Source: Candidatus Xenobia bacterium (GTDB lineage Bacteria; Vulcanimicrobiota; Xenobia; Xenobiales; QWHO01). Taken from it: DNA of 64,000 nt. This document shows, piece after piece, positions 47,472 through 56,562 of this stretch. The notes beneath the pieces are model-generated. The model worked only from the letters and a program-made list of their open reading frames with translations. It did no database searches and was not told the DNA's origin. The position numbers and the translations under genes are program-made. The stretch is from contig BTUM01000032.1 of NCBI GenBank assembly GCA_045863235.1, positions 15,373 to 79,372 of the forward strand, given 5' to 3'. Every line of letters starts with the position of its first letter. The first letter of the stretch is position 1.

Positions 47472-48827
47472 TCACGGCGTCGTGCTCGATTTCTGGCGCA
47501 GGGGTCGGGCAGGCACCCCCACTACCGTGCTGCCCGGCTCTACATCCCGATTGACCACCGAGCCCGCGCCTGTTCTGGCCCCCGCTCCCACCCGGACGGG
47601 GGCCACCAGGCTGGTGTTGGAGCCGATGAAGGCTCCCTCCTCAATAATCGTCTTATGCTTGGCTTTGCCATCGTAGTTGCAGGTGATGGTGCCGCAGCCG
47701 ATGTTGACCTTCGCTCCCACCTCGGCGTCGCCCACGTAGCTCAGGTGGGGCACCTTGGCCCCGGCCTCGATGCGGGAGTTCTTGATCTCCACGAAGTCGC
47801 CCACCTTGCTGCCCGGGCCGAGATCGGCTCCGGGACGAAGATAAGCGAAGGGACCGACGTTCACCTTCTCCTCCAGGCGGGCTTCGGTGAGAACCGAGTT
47901 CTGGATGGTGCATCCGTTCCCCACCATGCAAGAAACGATGCGAGTCTGAGGCCCGATCTGACAGCCTTCCCCGATCACGGTCTCGCCCTGCACCATCGTC
48001 TGGGGAAGAATCACTGTATCTACGCCGATCCTGACACTCGGCTCAATCCAGGTGCTGGCCGGATCGAGAATGCTGACGCCAGCCAGCATCCACTTGCGAT
48101 TGATGCGCTCGCGCAGCACCTCGCCGGCTCGAGCCAGGTCGGCCCGGGTGTTGACGCCCAGCGACTGGTCCAGATCCTCGATCTTGACCGCCTCCACGCG
48201 GTGTCCCCCCTGCACGGCGAGAGAAACGATGTCGGTCAGGTAGTACTCACCCTGGTCGTTGGCGGTTCCCAGGCGAGGCAAAAGCCCGCGCAGCAGCCCG
48301 GCCTGCACGCAGTAGCAGCCCATGTTGACCTCTCGCACCATCAGCTGCTCGGGAGTACAGTCGCGCGCTTCAACGATCCCGATCACCCTTCCCTCGCCAG
48401 AGCGAATGACCCGACCAAAGTCGGCCGCTTCGGGGAAGTCGGCGCTTAGCAGGGCTACATCGGCCCCGGCATCGAGCAGCTTCTGCAGAGAGTCACCGGT
48501 CAGCAGGGGCATGTCGCCATAGGTGATCAGAACCGGGCCCTCAAACCCCTCCAGCCCCGGAGCGGCCATCATGACCGCATGCCCCGTGCCCTTCTGCTCG
48601 GTCTGCTCGGCAAAACGGGCCCGATGTTCCACCGCTTGCCGCACCGCCTCGGCCTCGTGACCCACGACCACGAGCAAGGGATCGGCAGCCAGGCCCTCCA
48701 GGGCATCCAGAGCGTACTCGAGCAGAGGCCGTCCCAGCAGGGGATGAAGCACTTTGGCCCGGTTCGACTTCATGCGAGTGCCTTTACCGGCAGCCAGGAC
48801 AATCGCAGCGGGGCGAGGCGAACTCAT
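47472..48827 (-). CDS. glmU: Bifunctional GlmU
   Basis: LAAGKGTRMKS, GTGHA, EYYLTD, GPFAYLRP, HLSYVGD, CNYDG. Confidence 0.97.
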   Translation of the reverse strand: MSSPRPAAIVLAAGKGTRMKSNRAKVLHPLLGRPLLEYALDALEGLAADPLLVVVGHEAEAVRQAVEHRARFAEQTEQKGTGHAVMMAAPGLEGFEGPVLITYGDMPLLTGDSLQKLLDAGADVALLSADFPEAADFGRVIRSGEGRVIGIVEARDCTPEQLMVREVNMGCYCVQAGLLRGLLPRLGTANDQGEYYLTDIVSLAVQGGHRVEAVKIEDLDQSLGVNTRADLARAGEVLRERINRKWMLAGVSILDPASTWIEPSVRIGVDTVILPQTMVQGETVIGEGCQIGPQTRIVSCMVGNGCTIQNSVLTEARLEEKVNVGPFAYLRPGADLGPGSKVGDFVEIKNSRIEAGAKVPHLSYVGDAEVGAKVNIGCGTITCNYDGKAKHKTIIEEGAFIGSNTSLVAPVRVGAGARTGAGSVVNRDVEPGSTVVGVPARPLRQKSSTTP

Positions 48828-48940
48828 GATCGGTTCCTCCGTGAGGGCTGGCCTCGGTTTCGGCGATCTTGGTCCGAGTCCTACCGCTTTTCGTGCGGTA
48901 TTGCTCGCCTCCCCCGCAGGAATGTAGACTGAAGACCTCG

Positions 48941-50728
48941 ATGCTGGAGCGAACTCGACTGCTCGGTCGCTTGTCCCCTCGCTGGCTGCGCCTGGCGACC
49001 GCCCGCGAGCTGGGTCAGCGGGGCGATCTGGCCAGTCTGCGGGCGGTCTTGAGGCACGCCTGGTCGGAGGGCGCCGCGGCCATGGCCCGGGCCTGGCCGC
49101 CCGAGCAGCGGGTGCGCCTGTGCGCCGTGCTGCTCGACGATCCCACCGGGTGGGAGACCGCTCGCGAGCTCCTGGCCGAGGACGCCTGGCGGGTGGCGGC
49201 CGCCTGGTCGGTGCTGCAGAATCGCCCTGCCTGCCTCGATGAGCTGGTCGCTTCCTTTCCGCCAGCCGATCCGGTTTCCCGCAGCCTGCTGCTGCTCTTT
49301 GCAGGAAGGTTGGAGGAGTACGAGCGGCTCGATTTTGACCATCGCCATCTGCAGAACGCGCTGGAGACCGCTCCCTCGGGAGTGCGCACCCTGCTGCTGC
49401 GGCACGCCGCCGGTCTGGGACGACCCGATCTGGTCACCCACCACCGGGTTCCCTGGTGTGAGCTCTCATGGCCGGAGTTCGAGGCCCGACTGGAGTTGAT
49501 GGCCCGCTCGGGCGGGCTGGAGAAGGTGCTGCCAGACCTGCGTGCCGATCAGGCCGTGCGCGCCCTGGAGCTCTTGCGCGAGCGCTCGGACCCGGCCGCT
49601 GAAGAGCTCGGGCGCGAGCTGGGCGGACTCATCCCCTCGCTGGAGCAGGTGCGCGCCTGGCTCAGCGTTCCGGTGGAGCAAGGTCGCCTCCCAGCCGACT
49701 ATGTAGCAGCCGACCGCCTGGCGGTGGTCACCGGCACCGGGCTCCGGGTGCGCAGCTGGGACGCGCCTGGCGATTGCTCGCTTCCGGCCGAAGGCCTGGT
49801 GGAGGCGGTCTTCTCGCCCGATTTCAGCCGGCTGGCGCTGGCTGGACTGAGGAGCCTGCGCCTGTTCGACCTGGCCGACGGCCGCCAGGTGGGCGAATGG
49901 ACTGACGTGGAGTGCTTTCGTTTTGGCCCGGATCAGAACCTGGCGGTGGTGTGCCGGTCCGGGGTGGGCACCCTCTTCACGCCACAGACGAACTCCGACG
50001 ATCCTCCCCTGATTCCCCCAGGGCGCGTCAACAGTATGGCGGTGCGTCCGGACCGGGTGGCCATGGGCCTGGAGACGGGAGAGATCGGCCTGTGGTGGGG
50101 TAGCGAGTGGACCCTGCCTCACATGATTGCCGACCAGCATCGGGAAGCGGTCATCTTTCTGGAGTTTCTGCCGGGCGAGATGCTGCTCAGCGCCACCCGA
50201 CACGAAGTCTTCTTGTGGCGCATGAAAAGACCCGGCCTTCCGGAGCGCCTGCAGGTGGTCGCGCGGGGCGAGTTCACCTGCTTTGACTATCGGGGAGGAC
50301 GGCTGGCTCTGGGCCAGGAGCGCGGCCTGGCCCTGTGGACGCTCTCCGAGCCCGGCCGGCTCGAGCAGTGGGTCACAGAAAGGGTCCAGCATATCTGTCT
50401 GACTTCGATCGGCGTGACTGCCTGCGATCGAGACGGACGGGTGACGGTCTACTCTGCCGAAGGCCAGCGCCTGCTGGGCTTACTCGGCCCGGGGGTGCGC
50501 GCCCTGACGACCTGCCGGGACAGTCTGGTGGTGCTGACTCGCTCCGAGGCGGTGCGCCTGTCGCTGCGCCAGAACCTCATCGACCTGCCCCTTTCCGAGC
50601 TGCGCCGCCAGGGCGGAAAGCTCGACGGCGAGGGCTTCTTGAGCCGGCTGTTCAGCCATCTGCACCGATTCTCGATCGAGTTGGGGGAGGAGCGTCCCGT
50701 CACCCGGCCAGACGACGTGATGCTCTGA
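48941..50728 (+). CDS. Hypothetical protein, helical N-terminus and WD40-like beta-propeller C-terminus
   Basis: FSPD..RLA...LRLFDL, IGLW, VFLW, LALW repeats. Confidence 0.55.
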   Translation: MLERTRLLGRLSPRWLRLATARELGQRGDLASLRAVLRHAWSEGAAAMARAWPPEQRVRLCAVLLDDPTGWETARELLAEDAWRVAAAWSVLQNRPACLDELVASFPPADPVSRSLLLLFAGRLEEYERLDFDHRHLQNALETAPSGVRTLLLRHAAGLGRPDLVTHHRVPWCELSWPEFEARLELMARSGGLEKVLPDLRADQAVRALELLRERSDPAAEELGRELGGLIPSLEQVRAWLSVPVEQGRLPADYVAADRLAVVTGTGLRVRSWDAPGDCSLPAEGLVEAVFSPDFSRLALAGLRSLRLFDLADGRQVGEWTDVECFRFGPDQNLAVVCRSGVGTLFTPQTNSDDPPLIPPGRVNSMAVRPDRVAMGLETGEIGLWWGSEWTLPHMIADQHREAVIFLEFLPGEMLLSATRHEVFLWRMKRPGLPERLQVVARGEFTCFDYRGGRLALGQERGLALWTLSEPGRLEQWVTERVQHICLTSIGVTACDRDGRVTVYSAEGQRLLGLLGPGVRALTTCRDSLVVLTRSEAVRLSLRQNLIDLPLSELRRQGGKLDGEGFLSRLFSHLHRFSIELGEERPVTRPDDVML

Positions 50729-50730
50729 TG

Positions 50731-51525
50731 TCAGAGCGGCTCGAACTGCTGGCGCGGCACGTTCTGACGCCAGTCTCCGAAGACCTGGCTCACGGCCTGC
50801 TTCAGCTCTGCCAGGGCCGGCTCCATCTGCCCCTTGAGGCTGAGGAGTTGAGCCTTGCGCAGCCGTCCGCGGGCGTCCTGGGGATCGCCCAGGGCCTTGA
50901 TCTCGTCCCAGGTGGGATTGGAGGACAACCCGTCCAGGGCATTCTTGAGCGTCTCGGTCTTGGTGAGGGCAAGCTTGTAGGCCGTGACTGCCTCGGCGGG
51001 ACGGTTCTGAGCTTCGTGGATCAGCCCCAAAAAGAGATACAGGTCGGACCGATAGGGAGCGTAATCGGCGTAGTCGCGCATGGCCTCCAGACTGGCCTCG
51101 AGCTCGCCCCACATGAGTCGAAGCTGGCCGATCCACCACAGGGCCTCGGGCTGGCGGGGCAACCCTGAGGCCGCCTCCTCCAGCAGGGGCAAGGCTGCGC
51201 GATAGCGTCCCTCCAGCACCGCCTGGCGACCGTTTTCGAGCAAGAGTCGGGTGGAGGGCTGCAAACGGATGTCCAGGTGAGCTCGATCGCCCGGCAGTGC
51301 CTCGTACTCCTCGATGATATGGGGCCGGTAGTCCTCGCCAGCCGACAGACGCAGGTGGTGCAACCCGGGACGCAGGGGGTCGATGCGCAGAGGCGTGTGT
51401 CCGAGCACCCGGCGGTCGAGCACCACCAGGGCACCGGGCGGGTCGGTGGTGATCTCCAGGCTGGCCGCCTGCCCCTGAGCCAGGCCCGGCAGGGCCAGCA
51501 GCAAGAGCAGAAAGAGCCTTGTCAC
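50731..51525 (-). CDS. Secreted PEGA + TPR protein
   Basis: Signal peptide; ITTDPPGA.V.LD....G.TP (PEGA); TPR-like helices; GTGA overlap with the hppD stop. Confidence 0.75.
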   Translation of the reverse strand: MTRLFLLLLLALPGLAQGQAASLEITTDPPGALVVLDRRVLGHTPLRIDPLRPGLHHLRLSAGEDYRPHIIEEYEALPGDRAHLDIRLQPSTRLLLENGRQAVLEGRYRAALPLLEEAASGLPRQPEALWWIGQLRLMWGELEASLEAMRDYADYAPYRSDLYLFLGLIHEAQNRPAEAVTAYKLALTKTETLKNALDGLSSNPTWDEIKALGDPQDARGRLRKAQLLSLKGQMEPALAELKQAVSQVFGDWRQNVPRQQFEPL

Positions 51526-52637
51526 AGGTTGCCCCGCAGCGCCTGCTCGCGTTCGATAGCCTCGAAGAGCGCTTTGAAATTGCCCTTGCCAAAGCCCTGG
51601 CAACCCTTGCGCTGAATGATCTCGAAGAAGACCGTGGGGCGATCCTGCACCGGCCGGGTGAAGATCTGCAAGAGGTAACCCTCGTCGTCACGATCCACCA
51701 GGATGCCCAGCTCTTCCAGCGACTGGAGGCTCTCGGCGATGGGACCCACCCGCCGGGGTACTTCTTCATAATAGGTGCTGGGTACCCGCAAGAACTCCAC
51801 GCCCCGCTCGCGTAACTTGCGGACCGTCTTGAGAATGTCGCCAGTCAAGAGGGCGATGTGCTGCACGCCGGCTCCGCGGTAATATTCCAGGTACTCGTCG
51901 ATCTGCGACTTGCGCCGGCCCTCGGCCGGCTCGTTGAGGGGAAACTTGATGCGACCCTTGCCGTCATGCACCACCTTGGACATCAGCGCGCTGTATTCGG
52001 TAGAGATGTCCTTGTCGTCGAAGTGAACCAGCTGCGAGAAGCCAAGAATGCGCTTGTAGTAATCGACCCAGACGTCCATTTTGCCAAGCTCGACGTTGCC
52101 CACGATGTGATCCACCGCCGCCAGGCCGACGCCGCCCCCCTTCATCGTACGGGGTTGGTAGCCGGGAGCGAACAGACCGTGGTAGTCCTTGCGCTGCACG
52201 AAGGTGTGCAGGGTGTCGCCGTAAGTGGCGATGCTGGCAGAGCGGTAGGTGCCGTGCTCGTCCTCGAGCTCGCTGGGGGGCTCCACCCCCACCGCCCCGC
52301 GCTCGGTAGCCAGGCGGTAAGCCTCGGCCGCATGATCGACCTCGATGGCGATGCGCTTCACCCCGTCGCCGTGGCGGGCGATGTGCTCGGTCATGGGGTG
52401 CTCGGGCGCGAGCGGAGTGGACAGCACCAGGCGGATCTTGCCCTGACTGAGAACGTAGGAGGCTCGATCGCGCACCCCGGTCTCCAGCCCCGAGTAGGCT
52501 ATCAGGTCGTAGCCAAAGGCGTGCACATAGTAATAAGCAGCCTGCTTGGCATTGCCGACCCAGAGCTCGATGTGGTCGATGGCCTTCAGGGAGAGATCAG
52601 TTGAGGTCTTTTCACGGGCAGAGGCGGTTTTAGGCAT
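51522..52637 (-). CDS. hppD: 4-hydroxyphenylpyruvate dioxygenase
   Basis: DHIVGNV, SALMSKV, NEPA, GVQHIA, LLQIFT, FFEIIQR, GFGKGNFKALFE. Confidence 0.97.
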   Translation of the reverse strand: MPKTASAREKTSTDLSLKAIDHIELWVGNAKQAAYYYVHAFGYDLIAYSGLETGVRDRASYVLSQGKIRLVLSTPLAPEHPMTEHIARHGDGVKRIAIEVDHAAEAYRLATERGAVGVEPPSELEDEHGTYRSASIATYGDTLHTFVQRKDYHGLFAPGYQPRTMKGGGVGLAAVDHIVGNVELGKMDVWVDYYKRILGFSQLVHFDDKDISTEYSALMSKVVHDGKGRIKFPLNEPAEGRRKSQIDEYLEYYRGAGVQHIALLTGDILKTVRKLRERGVEFLRVPSTYYEEVPRRVGPIAESLQSLEELGILVDRDDEGYLLQIFTRPVQDRPTVFFEIIQRKGCQGFGKGNFKALFEAIEREQALRGNL

Positions 52638-52671
52638 GATAGAGGCTCCTTGGCTAAGACTGGGCGCAATC

Positions 52672-54870
52672 CTACTGCAGGGGCGAGGTTCCGGTCGAGG
52701 ACAGCGTGGCCGCGGCCGGATCGGTGTGCACCGCTGCGATGGCGGCTGAATAGGAGGTCACGAAGCGAAAATCCTCCCGCTGGGGGTCGAAAACTCCCGA
52801 ATTGCAGCCCGAGCTGCACGACTCCCAGTGCTCGCGCCCGTTGAGGGGGTTGACCGCGCCCGGTCGCGTTCCGGTGAAGGCCGCCTCGAAACGTGAGCGC
52901 CCGGTGACCGGATTGGAGAGCCCCTGCAGCGAGCCCCTGCCAGTCTTGAAGAGCACCTTGCCCTGAGCGGGGTCATAGAGGGCAGCGATTCCGCCTCCCC
53001 GGGCCTCCTGCCACTCTACCTCCCCGGTCCGGGGATTGTAGGCCCCGGCCAGGTTGCGGTGGGGGTGGGTGCGCCACTCTACTTCGCCCAGGTTGGGGTT
53101 GTAGACGCCCTGGATGCAGCCCACCTCCTGGTGACGCGGCTCGAAGGCCGCGCTCAGGTCGGAAGACGGGGTCGGAACGAGCTCCAAATCGGGCCAGTCC
53201 GTCCTGGCGGTCGTCTCCTGGTCGGCCTCTCCCGCCCGGGCAGCGCGCCGGTCCTGGCCCCGCCTGGCCACCTTGACCCCACCGACGATGACCGACTCGG
53301 CTTCCTCGGCGATCCCGTGTCGGCGCTCGCCCTGGCTGAAGCGATAGGGAGCCGATTCGAGCAGGTCTTTCAGCTCGACAAGCACCTGGCGAGCCTGCTC
53401 GGGCTGAACCCGGCCGGTCAGCTTACGGCGCTGGGTCTCCAACAGACTGGCCTCGAGCTCGCTGGTGCTGCTCTCTTGCAGCGTCTCCACCACGGTCATG
53501 GCCGCCGGGGCGAACCAGGAGGGCACCATGAAGGGCGCATCGAGCATCTTCAGGCCCAGCTCCACCAGGCCCCGAGGCGAGGTGGGCAGCTCCTGGCGGC
53601 TGGCCAGCGCAAGGCCGTGCAGGGCCAGCGCGTTGCGCAGCCAGAGAGCGTTGGGATGGGGGGTCTTCTGGTGCAGCCGGGTCAGGTTCCAGAGCAGGCG
53701 CGTGGCCGGTTTGCGGTCGGGATCGGCGGCCCGGTCCAGCTCGATCAGGCCCAGCTGGGACAGGGTCAGCTTGGGGCCCAGGCGAGGCTCGGCGCCAGCG
53801 CTGCGAAAGGCGATAGCGGCCAGGTTGCCGGGCTGCTCCCCGGAGGCCTTCCGACAGCGCTCCAGCACCACCTCGGGGACCTCTCGCGCGGTCAGTAGCT
53901 TGAGAAAGCCCTCGCGGGGCGCGATGGCTCGCAACTCGGGGAAGTGGCTGGCCAGAGCATCGGCGTTGGCTCCCTGGGAAATCTTCTGCAAGGCTTCGCG
54001 CAGGCGCTCGGGGGCCAGTTGCGCCGCCAGTTCCAGGGCCCCGGCCTGGGGACGGTGGCGAGCGGAATCCTGCAACTCGCCCAGCCACAGCTCGGGATGC
54101 TCCGAATGCAGGCTGACTCGCAACAGAGATTCCACTCCGTGGGGCTGGTGGGCCTCCAGGGCGATGGCAACCGGGTCGTCGATCCGCTCGGACAGCTCCT
54201 TCCAGGGAGACGGGGGGGCCTGGCGCAGAGCCCACTCACAGACCCGGCGCACCTGAGGATGGGCCCGATTGTCTTGAGCCCAGCTGGCCACCCAGTGGTC
54301 GGGATGTCGGAGATAGCAGCGCGCCAGCGCGTGCTCGTCAGGCTCGTCGAGCTTCAGCTCGGCCAGGGCTGCAAAGCCCGGGTGCTTGCTGGCCAGCTCG
54401 CGCGGAGCCGGATCAGGCAAAAGCAGGGCCACACCGGTCTCATTCTGGCCCTGCTGCAGCAGGCTCAAGCGCTGCTCGGGCTCGGTCTCGGCCAGGATGG
54501 TCTGGAGCACGGGCGTGGCCAGAGGGGTGAACAGCTCTCGGGCCGCCTGGGAGCGGGCTTCCCCCTCGAGCTCGGACTGGTGCAACAGCTTGAGGGCCAG
54601 CCCGGCCAGGGGGCCGGCGGTCATGCTGGCGGTGGCCTCGGCCAGGGTTTCCAGAGCAGTGCGGTACAGCTCGAGCTTGCGCTCGGGAGCGCGAGCGGCC
54701 ACCACGCGGGTCATTTCGACGATGGGTCGAGCCTCAGGCCGGGGCTCGAGTCGGTCCAGAGCCTGCTCCGCGGCCCGGGTGCGGGTCTCTCTCGCCTGCC
54801 AGAAGCGCAAAGGCGTAGCCCAGGAGGCCTCAAGGCCCTGTTGCGCCTGCCGAGAGATGGACGGATCCAT
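52672..54870 (-). CDS. Hypothetical protein with internal VIVGGVKV motif and C-terminal G-x-Y-N/D-P repeats
   Basis: 732-aa ORF; six ~20-aa repeats near the C-terminus. Confidence 0.7.
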   Translation of the reverse strand: MDPSISRQAQQGLEASWATPLRFWQARETRTRAAEQALDRLEPRPEARPIVEMTRVVAARAPERKLELYRTALETLAEATASMTAGPLAGLALKLLHQSELEGEARSQAARELFTPLATPVLQTILAETEPEQRLSLLQQGQNETGVALLLPDPAPRELASKHPGFAALAELKLDEPDEHALARCYLRHPDHWVASWAQDNRAHPQVRRVCEWALRQAPPSPWKELSERIDDPVAIALEAHQPHGVESLLRVSLHSEHPELWLGELQDSARHRPQAGALELAAQLAPERLREALQKISQGANADALASHFPELRAIAPREGFLKLLTAREVPEVVLERCRKASGEQPGNLAAIAFRSAGAEPRLGPKLTLSQLGLIELDRAADPDRKPATRLLWNLTRLHQKTPHPNALWLRNALALHGLALASRQELPTSPRGLVELGLKMLDAPFMVPSWFAPAAMTVVETLQESSTSELEASLLETQRRKLTGRVQPEQARQVLVELKDLLESAPYRFSQGERRHGIAEEAESVIVGGVKVARRGQDRRAARAGEADQETTARTDWPDLELVPTPSSDLSAAFEPRHQEVGCIQGVYNPNLGEVEWRTHPHRNLAGAYNPRTGEVEWQEARGGGIAALYDPAQGKVLFKTGRGSLQGLSNPVTGRSRFEAAFTGTRPGAVNPLNGREHWESCSSGCNSGVFDPQREDFRFVTSYSAAIAAVHTDPAAATLSSTGTSPLQ

Positions 54871-54895
54871 GGTAGCCTACAGGGTAGCTCCAGAG

Positions 54896-54915
54896 CCTGA
54901 AAGGAACCTGAAAGA
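54896..54915 (-). promoter_or_regulatory. TTTCAGG-N4-TTTCAGG direct repeat upstream of the 52672-54870 gene
   Basis: cctgaaaggaacctgaaaga on the + strand; 9 nt further on the minus strand is TACCCT. Confidence 0.55.
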
Positions 54916-54920
54916 CCCGT

Positions 54921-54949
54921 TTGACACTCGCGGGGGCGGGCCCTATAAT
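54921..54949 (+). promoter_or_regulatory. Consensus sigma70 promoter of tRNA-Gln
   Basis: TTGACA-17 nt-TATAAT, exact consensus. Confidence 0.92.
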
Positions 54950-54961
54950 CTTTTGGTACAT

Positions 54962-55035
54962 TGACGCGTGGCCAAGCGGTAAGGCAGCGGACTTTGGATC
55001 CGCCATCCTAGGTTCGAATCCTAGCGCGTCAGCCA
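54962..55035 (+). tRNA. tRNA-Gln(TTG)
   Basis: Acceptor stem tgacgcg/cgcgtca, D-arm gccaagcggtaaggc, anticodon arm gcgga-ctTTGga-tccgc, T-loop ttcgaat, encoded CCA. Confidence 0.97.
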
Positions 55036-55039
55036 CCTG

Positions 55040-55066
55040 AAAAACCCGCAGCAGAGCGGGTTTTTT
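55040..55066 (+). terminator. Terminator after tRNA-Gln (probably bidirectional)
   Basis: aaaaacccgc...gcgggtttttt. Confidence 0.85.
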
Positions 55067-55087
55067 GCTGTAACAAGCAGACCAGGC

Positions 55088-55999
55088 TCAGAGCAGCTTT
55101 CTGGCCACCCGCAGGGCCAGGCGTGACAGGCCCTTCATCATCTGCGCGCTGCCGCGGGCGAGGCGGCGAGGGTTTTTGTGCTTGACTCCGCTGGCGACGG
55201 TCAGGGCTCCTTCGGCGATCAGTTCGAGCTCACCGTGGCGGTTGTCTTCCAACGGAAGGTCGGCGGCCTGGCTCCTGGGAGCGACCGCCAGCAACTGACG
55301 GCTCGGACACTTATCCAGTGGATCGACTGTTTGCCAGCGCTGCTCGAGTTGCTCGGGTGTGATGTGCTCCACCCGGCCCCACGGATTGTGCAGGGTCCAG
55401 CCTGTCACCTGACCCGAGGCGTCGGCGCTGTAGCCGGAGACCACCACGTCATGGAAATAGCTGTCGCCTGGATTGAGGACCGTGCTGATGGTCGAAGGAA
55501 TGCCTCGATCGATCAGTCTCTTGAGCTCATCCTGAGTCGCGTGGTTGACCAGGCTGGTTGCATACCCCAGACTGCGGGCGTATTGACTCATTCCGATCAA
55601 AGTCTGACCGTCAAGGTGCAGCACTTTGCGATCCTGGTCGATGTCCACGGTGACCACGTCGCCGTCGCAGCCCACTTCCAGCCGGTGGCCAGCCACCTCG
55701 AGCTTGACGGCCTTGCGCTCAAACTTGATGGAGTCGAAGGGGTTGATCACATCCGCAATCTCGTCCTTGCTACGGGTCGGATTGGCGGCCTCGCGAAGGT
55801 TCCAATACTTGAGCACCATGGCCAGACAGGTCGCCCCGCACTGGTTGCGGTCCTGGCGCAGTAAGGGCACATCGAGCTGGCTTGAGCGCTGAGACAGGGT
55901 CACCGAGTCGACCGGACCTTGCAGACCAGAAGCGGCCTGCAAAGCCAGAGGGCCTGGAGGACCCTGGTAAACGGTGGGCCAGGAAGACACGCATCTCAT
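55088..55999 (-). CDS. C39-like cysteine peptidase
   Basis: Q..NQCGATCLAMVLKYW, HDVVVSGY, HNPWG; N-terminal VDSVTLS. Confidence 0.75.
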   Translation of the reverse strand: MRCVSSWPTVYQGPPGPLALQAASGLQGPVDSVTLSQRSSQLDVPLLRQDRNQCGATCLAMVLKYWNLREAANPTRSKDEIADVINPFDSIKFERKAVKLEVAGHRLEVGCDGDVVTVDIDQDRKVLHLDGQTLIGMSQYARSLGYATSLVNHATQDELKRLIDRGIPSTISTVLNPGDSYFHDVVVSGYSADASGQVTGWTLHNPWGRVEHITPEQLEQRWQTVDPLDKCPSRQLLAVAPRSQAADLPLEDNRHGELELIAEGALTVASGVKHKNPRRLARGSAQMMKGLSRLALRVARKLL

Positions 56000-56067
56000 T
56001 CCGACCCAAAATAGGCCATGATGGGTCGGTACAGGTTAAATCGAGGTTACAGGTTAACACAGAATCT

Positions 56068-56382
56068 TCACATCTGTGTGCCTGCCTGGAGGAATCCTCG
56101 TTTGATGGCCTTGATGACCCGCTTCTCGAGCTTCTCCAGCGAGCGAGAGGTCATCTGATCCCACTCCAGCGTGTCGTCGCGGACCAGAATCGGCTTGGAC
56201 CAGCCCTCTCGGACCTGAGAGGTCTCCCAGCGCAAGACCTTCAGGTGATACCCCCCCGTGGTCCGTGAATGGTAGAACTCGACCCGGAAGAGCCATGGCT
56301 CCGAGCCATCTCGAACGCTCTGGATAGGAGCGAACTCGATCGTTTTCACCAGCTCAAAAACTTCTAGCTTGGGTTTCCTCAC
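56068..56382 (-). CDS. Small hypothetical protein
   Basis: 104-aa ORF with plausible composition. Confidence 0.5.
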   Translation of the reverse strand: MRKPKLEVFELVKTIEFAPIQSVRDGSEPWLFRVEFYHSRTTGGYHLKVLRWETSQVREGWSKPILVRDDTLEWDQMTSRSLEKLEKRVIKAIKRGFLQAGTQM

Positions 56383-56562
56383 GTGGCCTGCTTTGCCAGG
56401 AAGGACTCGGACTCTTGCCTTTCTCAGCCGTTTTCAGTGAGATTGGCCCAGCCTTGCTGCAGGAGGGGGAAAAATTGCTGCTCACGCCACTAAACAGCAA
56501 CCGGTCACGAGACTGGTTCCGATCAGGAACCGGGCGTAATGCGTTGGGATCCTGGCAGTCTG

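Noticed and set aside
56033..56056. Three AGGTTA copies upstream of the C39 peptidase
   Set aside because: Irregular spacing (11 and 7 nt) and not clearly repeated elsewhere; too weak to call.
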